DNA from: Mustelus asterias
Taxonomy: Eukaryota
Assembly (NCBI RefSeq): GCF_964213995.1
Contig: NC_135809.1
Coordinates: forward strand, 45,694,001-45,758,000
Direction: 5' to 3'
DNA length: 64,000 bases
Shown here: piece after piece, positions 62,525 through 64,000 of the stretch
Numbering within the stretch: the first letter of the stretch is position 1
Layout: every line of letters begins with the position of its first letter
Made by a program: the position numbers and the translations under genes
The notes under the pieces: generated by a model
Database searches by the model: none
What the model was told of the DNA's origin: nothing
The model's input: the letters and a program-made list of their open reading frames with translations, nothing else

Positions 62525-63950
62525 AACAACTTGCATTTATGTAGCACTGCAGTCGTAGAATCATAGAATCCCTCCAGTATAGAAGGAGGCCAATGTCCCA
62601 AAACTCTTCACACAAATTGACAAGAGGCAGGTGATTAAAATCTTGGTCAAGGAGGCAAGTTTTAAGGAGTGTGTTACAGGAAGGGGAGAGAATTTAGGAC
62701 CTAGATTGCTGAAGACACGGCTGCCAATGATGGGGGCGGGGGGGGGGGGGGGTGGGGGGAGGGAGGGGTGTACAAGAGGCCACAGTTAGAGTAAGGCAGA
62801 GTTTGCAAAGGGTTTTGCAGCTGGTAGAGATTGCAGAGATAAGGAGGGATGTGACCTTGTAAGGATCTGAACAGGATGATAAGAATTTTCAAATGAAGTA
62901 TTGGTGGACCATTGTGTTGCGAAGAGCTTTAACTTAGTCTATGAGTGATTTGAGATTGCTGGTGTGTAGAAACTATTTACTTACATGGTTCCTAAGACAC
63001 AGACTGGTCTGCATCTTCCTCTGTTGGAGCCACTTGGTCATGCAATCCTGATTATCATTACCATAACCATTAACCCATTACTCTACACAATGCAGGCCAG
63101 TGAGAACAAGGGTAATGGGTGAATGGGACTTAGTGTAAGTTAGGAAATGGTAGCAGAGTTTTGAATGAACTCAAATTTCTGGAAAACCTTGGAATAGTCG
63201 AGTCTTGAGGTAACGAAAACATAGCTGAGGGTTTCAGCAGCAAATGAGCTGACTGGAGGCAGCAATGTCATGGAAAGGTCAGGAGAGTTGGTGATGGATG
63301 GAGCTGAGTAGAGTTGGTGTATATTTGGAACCTGTGTCAACACGGAGCAATAGCATGTAGAAGAGAAATAGGAGGCATCCAGCAATGGATCCTGAGGAAA
63401 TCTAAAGATAATGGTGGAGGGCTGGGAAGAGAAGTATTGCAGGGGATTCTTTGGCAATGATTGAATAGTTGAGCGTGGAAGTGTCCCAGGGCTGGCCCAC
63501 ACAGTTAGACCATGGAGAGAGAGGCACTGGAGGATAATTATGTGGTTAACCATGTCAAGCTGCAGACAGGTCAAGAATCATAGAATTATAGAATCCCTAC
63601 AATGCAGAAGGAGGCCATTCAGCCCATCAGCCTGTACCGACAACAATCCCACCCAGGCCCCAACCCATAACCCCACAAACCTACCCTGCTAAACCCCCTG
63701 ACACTAAGGGGCAATTTAACATGGCAAATCAACCTAACCTGCACATCTTTGGGCAGGATGAAGGGGGACTGTGCAAGATGGTTAAAGTGTCAGGAGATCC
63801 TATTTGTGACCTTGCTTCGAGTTGTCTCCATGCTTTGGTAGGAGTGAAAACCTGATTGAAGAGTTAAAATATGGAGTGATGGGAAAGATGGGCAGAGATT
63901 CTGGAAGCAACAAGAGGGGACAATAGTTTACAAGGACAAAGGGCTCAAGA
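62525..63950 (-). mobile_element. L2 LINE remnant, with an HE1 insert at about 63576-63752
   Basis: AAETLSYVFVTSRLDYS..IQNSA (ORF 63140..63574) and FKILII.FRSLQG..PPYLCNL (ORF 62701..62892) are L2 ORF2 C-terminal motifs. Confidence 0.8.
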
Positions 63951-63954
63951 ATGG

Positions 63955-64000
63955 AGCGGCATGGTGGCACAATGGTTACCACTGCTGCCTCACAACTCCA
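63955..64000 (+). mobile_element. HE1-type SINE head (runs off window end)
   Basis: GCGGCATGGTGGCACAATGGTTACCACTGCTGCCTCAC. Confidence 0.8.

Overview
AT-rich, repeat-dense vertebrate DNA. The repeat families (HE1-type V-SINEs, Deu-domain SINEs, CR1, Penelope) point to a cartilaginous fish, probably a shark; this is inference. The only host gene I can support is PRR5 (Protor-1, an mTORC2/RICTOR partner) on the minus strand. Four coding exons (14199-14069, 11032-10952, 5712-5664, 922-865) splice in frame with GT-AG sites and give MRNFRRPKFMSSPSLSDLGK...GMVILRDKIRFYEG; the gene continues beyond base 1. A possible distal non-coding first exon lies near 61.8-62.1 kb. The rest is mostly transposon-derived: SINEs, CR1/Zenon-like/L2/RTE/Rex LINE fragments, solo LTRs, an internally deleted hAT element with a long open transposase ORF, two decayed two-gene Harbinger elements with MITEs, and inverted-repeat Penelope elements. 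The Penelope copies carry minimal hammerhead ribozyme motifs whose stems covary. Other oddities are a 32-bp minisatellite rich in splice-donor and G-quadruplex motifs, a perfect 41-bp palindrome, a 79-bp local duplication and a four-level nested insertion. All calls were made by eye. Repeat boundaries without a stated TSD or TIR are approximate, and family names need Dfam/Repbase confirmation. I see no clear evidence of a wholly new biological system; the ribozyme-bearing mini-Penelope family is the best candidate.
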